A stretch of 62,645 nucleotides of DNA, the filler included, from Anaerolineae bacterium (GTDB lineage Bacteria > Chloroflexota > Anaerolineae > Epilineales > Epilineaceae), in assembly GCA_029262755.1 (NCBI GenBank). It is 7 parts of 7 records of this genome, joined end to end, with 100 filler letters (N's around TTAATTAATTAA, not from the genome) between each part and the next. Parts side by side here need not be neighbours in the genome. Positions count along the whole stretch, not along the records: positions 55,494 to 62,645 come from JAJCYU010000349.1; 6 more parts are not named here. One strand, 5' to 3'. Below, in pieces: positions 58,401-62,645 of the stretch (the stretch's first letter is position 1; each line of letters begins with the position of its first letter). The notes beneath the pieces were generated by a model that saw nothing but the letters and a program-made list of their open reading frames with translations, was not told the DNA's origin and did not search any database. Made by a program: the position numbers and the translations under genes.

Positions 58401-61400
58401 CACGATGCTACGGGATGGCCCGGGCCTGCGGATGGGCGTGCGGCACGCGAGCGGGGTCAACGTGGTCGACGTACCTCAGGCGGGCATCGTCGCCGGGCAG
58501 TGGAACCACGTCATGCTCCTGTTCTACGACCCGACTCCTGCCACCGAGGACCTCTTCCTGTACACCTACGTCAACCGAATGGAGCGCAGCGCCACGTTCT
58601 TGGCCCGCCGCCCCCTACCCTTCGGCGAGGGCGACCTCGTGCTCGGAGCCCGCACGGATCCCTCCGGCGCCGTAACCGAAGCCTACCGCGGCCTCATCGA
58701 CGAAGTCGTGATCGCGCCGGGAGCGCCCCTGGACGCCTTGTTCTCCGGGCGCATCAACCTCGACGACACGCGTCTGGCGCCGGGACAGCGCGCCGAATAC
58801 CGCAGCGAGCTGCGCAACGAGCTGCTCGTTCCCGCCCTCCACGGACAGCATACCGTGGCCTTCCCCGACGCCTTGACCGACGAGCCCGACGAACTCCACC
58901 TCGTCGCCCTCGCGCCCCGCGCCTCGCAGCGCCGAACGCACGACTTCCAAGTGCGCGCGTCTGCCGCCTCTGGGGCGTACACCCTCACCCAGGAGGTCGG
59001 CGCGACGATCGTGCGCGCCACGAAGGCCTCGCTGAAAGCCGAACCCTCCCAGGTTTTTGCGTGGCCGGACCCGCAGACCTTCGACGGCGGCGCGCCGCTA
59101 CCCATCCTGCTGGACGAACCGCTACGCCTGGACGGCGACTTCACCATCTCTGCCTGGGTCCGGCCCACCGCCATGAACGAGTCGCCCCCGCGACTGCGCG
59201 GCATCCTGGGCGACGGCTATCGGACGAAGGACGCCTTCCCCTACCTCGCGCTCGCGGGCCACACCTTGATCTTCGGCTACGGCACCAACACTGCCAGTCA
59301 GTTCGCAGAACTCGCCGTGACGGACGCGCTCGCCGCCTTCTCCTGGAACCACGTCAGCGTGTCCTACGCGTCGGCGGCACGCCGCGCCACAGTGCACGTC
59401 AACGGCAAGCAGGTTGCCCAGCGGCTGATGGACGCCGCCCCTTCGCACGGCGCCAAGCCCACGCTCTTCGTCGGCCGCACGACGGACCGCGCCGCGCTGA
59501 CGATCACCGAGCTGCAGCTGACCTGCGAGGGAGACGGCTCCGGCGACGGGGAGTACAACCTGGTCAGCCACAATGCGGTGCCGCCGGTGTACAAGACCTA
59601 CAGCGGTACGGCGAACGAGGACGAGTCCACGGTGCTGGCAAGAGACGTAGCCTTCGGGGTCCGGGGCGCGATCGACGTCTTCGTCTGTGAGGACGACGAC
59701 GACGATCGCAGCGCTTGCTCCGGCCCGGACGATCTGATGGGCCTCTCGGGCCACGACGCGCAAGCCGGCGCCCCCCTGCGCTTCGACACGCTCAACCCGA
59801 GCACGTCCGGCACGATCCGCGTCACGACCGAAGCAGACAACTTCGACTGTTCCTCCACGTGGTTCAGCTATCCCGACTCGGCCGAAATCGGCTACCGCTT
59901 CGATAACCCGATCCTGCCCTTCGTCGGCGGCGTGCGCGACGTACGCATCTTCACCAGCGCGCTCGGCCCCACCGACATCGTCGCGCTGCGCTCCGGCCTC
60001 GTGGCCGACTTCGGCCTGGACGAGTCCGCCGGATCGAGCGCCTTCGTCGACACAGGCGGCACGCTTCAGCTCCAATGCGAGGCGGGCCGCTGCCCGCGCG
60101 CGGGCTCTTCGGGCATTCAACGGATGGGTCTGGCCTTCGACGGCGGCGCAACGCTGCGCGCCGATGCGGTGAGCGACCATCTGGCCCAGGAATCCGCCTA
60201 CGGCGTCAGCGTGTGGTTCCGACCCACGCCGGGGCGGGTCCAGGACGGCACGCTTTGGTCTTTCGAATCCCCGGACGGGACGCTTCGCGCCCGCCTGGAG
60301 CTCCAGGCCCGCGGCCCGGACCGCTTCGCGCTGCGCTACAACGACGGCGCCAACGGCGCGGTGGAGGTGGTCGATCGCCTGCAGGCCGGGCTGTGGTATC
60401 ACGCGCTGGTCACCTTCGACGCGCAGGACCAGATCAAGATCGATCTGCTCTACCGCGACAGCCGGCTCAACACCTTCCCCATGAACCCCTTCGCGACGAA
60501 CCGCGCGCGAGCCTTCCCCACCGACGGCGGCCGCTTCGTCGTCGGCAACATCAGCCAAGGCGGCTCGGGCTTCGTCGGCGATCTCGACGAGCTGAAGGTC
60601 TACCGGACCCGCCCTTCGCTCGAAGAACTGGTCGTCGATCCGCCCATTGCGCACTACGCATTCGAGGCTCCCACCGACGGCGCAACGCCAGGCTCTGAGG
60701 GTGTCACCTGGGGCCTCGAAGGGCTCGTCGGCCGCGCGGCGGCCTTCGACGGCCGCACGGGGCGCCTGCCCTTCGAGGGCTACAACCCCTTCCGCTACAG
60801 CAACTGGGCCGTCAGCACATGGGTGCGCCTCGACGAGGCGAAGGCAACGGGCACCAGCCACGTCCGCCCGGTCTTCCACGGCCACGGCACGAACCTCGGC
60901 AGCGGCACCTTCGGCCAGACGGGCGACGTGGCCTTCTTCCTCGACGCGGGCAAGCCGACGCTGCAAACCCGAACGGGCGGCGAGGGCCGCAACGAATTCG
61001 CGTTCACCCGCTCCACCGAGGTCGTTCCACCCGGCCAGTGGACGCACCTGTTGGCCCAATACCGGGAGGGCGCCGCCGAGATCTACGTCAACGGCGGTCT
61101 GAGCATCCGCACGGCCCTGCCCGGACGTCCCGGCAACATCGAGGAGATCGACCTCGGCGGATCCTTCTTGCCGCATGCCGGCTGCCCCGCCGGTGTGGAG
61201 CGCTGCTACCAGAGCTTTTCCGGCCTGCTCGATCAGATGGCGTTCTACGGCCGCTCGCTGGACGCCAACGACGTATATGCACTCTATCAGCACGAGACGG
61301 CCTGGATCGACGAACGGATCGAACAGCCGGTCATCGTGGACGCGGACGATCCCACGGCAACCCTGCTGCTGGCCGCCGACAGCTACCTGCCCATCACCCC

Positions 61401-62645
61401 AACTCAGCTGGTGGCCACCACGGCCGACCCGACCACGCGTGTGCAGCGGGTGGAGCTCGGCGTCGACGATATCGCCTGGGTCGGCGCGCCGGCCGCGCGG
61501 GATGCGATGGACGGCACGGCGTGGGCGCCGATCTTCGCCCCGCCCGGCGGCGGCGCGTTCGCGCTACGTGTGCGGGCCGTCGACGCCGTCGGCCACATCA
61601 GCGAGGCCAGCGCCCCCGTGCGCGTCCTCGTCGACGAGCTGCATCCCGCGATCGGCCTGAGCGCCGAGGGCAATGGCCAGCGCCCCATCCGGCTCGAGCC
61701 GCGCCTGGGCTTCCCGACGCAGTGGAAGCTGCCGATCATGGGCGCGATCAGCGACCCCCTCATCACGGGCACCAACCTGCCCGGCAGCGGTGTTGCGCGC
61801 CTGACGGTCTCCCTGATCGACGCGCGCACCGGCGAGCCGGTGCCCGTCGAGCCGCACCAATCCATTCCCTTCTCCGGCGGAGCCTTCGATCACGACTACC
61901 TCCTCCACGCCGACGACCCGAGCGGCACCTACCGAATACGCGCGGTGGCCGTCGACGCGGTCGGCAACCGCCTCGACTTCGAGCTGCCCTACCCGGTCGT
62001 GGTGGACAACCGCGGTCCGGAGGTCGACAACTTCGAGGTTGCGGCCCCCGGCACCGGCGGCGGGCCCTTCACCGTGGCCGCCACCCGGGATCCGGCGCAC
62101 GGCCCCGCTTTCGGCCCGGCCCTCGCTGTCCCCTTCGGCCCCGCCTTCGCGCCGGAGCAGGTCACCGCGACGATCCCCGCCGGCCGGCTCGACGCGCAAT
62201 CCCTCCTGCGCGGCGTGGCCAGCGAGCGGCCGGCCGACGTCGCCACGCCGCTGGAGGTGGGCGGCGTCCAGGGCGTGGAGCTAGCTTTCACGGCAGCCTT
62301 CCCCCATGGCTCGGCTCTGGTGGACGCAGGCCTGCCCGCGGGCACCCTCCTCCATCTGCCCTTCGACGACAGTCCGCCCAGCGCGAGCGCCCCCGGCGGC
62401 GGCGCCGGCGACGGCGAGCCCCTCTCCTTCGCGGAGACGATCGCGCAGCTGCCGGCCACATGCGTCGGCGCGCGCTGTCCGCGGCTCGGCGTGCCCAGCC
62501 GCCACGCCTCCGCCGCGCGCTTCGACGGAGACGACGTGGTCACCGCCGAGACGGGCGAAGCATACGCCGGCCTTACGGGCGACTTCCTGGCCGCCGCCTG
62601 GATCCGCCCGGACGATCTGGACGGCACCGGCATCATCCTGGCCAA
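55495..62645 (+). CDS. Giant multi-LamG protein with DxDGDG Ca-binding repeats, Ig-like domains and a hydrophobic helical region; truncated at both ends (>2380 aa)
   Basis: Frame +1 reads as protein wherever translated and the ORF track lists no stop-terminated ORF in this frame; LamG motifs (FDG, TVAMWIRP, WNHV, YRGLIDEV, FSGLLDQMAFY); DTDGDG repeats. Confidence 0.9.

Noticed and set aside
59122..61293. 723-aa minus-strand ORF and other long overlapping ORFs
   Set aside because: Antisense shadows expected in high-GC coding DNA; the plus frame carries the recognisable motifs.
1..62645. Mobile elements, CRISPR-Cas, rRNA, tRNA, recognised anti-phage systems
   Set aside because: No transposase, integrase, cas or structural RNA signature recognised; the STAND and NYN proteins look like common regulatory families.

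Overview
High-GC bacterial DNA made of seven unrelated contigs joined by artificial 100-bp N/TTAATTAATTAA spacers (1-6318, 6419-9350, 9451-18562, 18663-23140, 23241-38616, 38717-55393, 55494-62645). Gene content suggests Chloroflexota (Anaerolineae-like); this is inference from Pro/Thr linkers, I-Y/F-L-P tail motifs and NHL-VWA/LamG giant proteins. Routine content: a glycosyltransferase/radical-SAM cluster, many secreted proteins, paaABCD with a PaaR-like TetR and its operator, cyoE, an RhlE-like DEAD-box helicase, TauE plus a flavoprotein disulfide reductase, a STAND regulator and a probable rpoB 5' end. Best candidates for new biology: (1) a three-gene module seen twice in the same geometry: a membrane-anchored GH3/NagZ-like protein lacking the catalytic His, a Hanks kinase with one TM and almost no ectodomain, and an FHA-wHTH transcription factor, i.e. 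a putative Ser/Thr-phosphorylation analogue of a two-component system; (2) a Cys-loaded ArsR upstream of an unannotated 71-aa, 15-Cys metallothionein-like peptide; (3) a >2380-aa ORF missed by the ORF track, with a hydrophobic helical region, Ca-binding repeats and several LamG domains; (4) a TrpF homologue lacking its catalytic residues; (5) a recurrent short xLP motif next to Thr/Pro/Ala linkers that may be a sorting signal. All calls come from reading motifs by eye; no searches were run.
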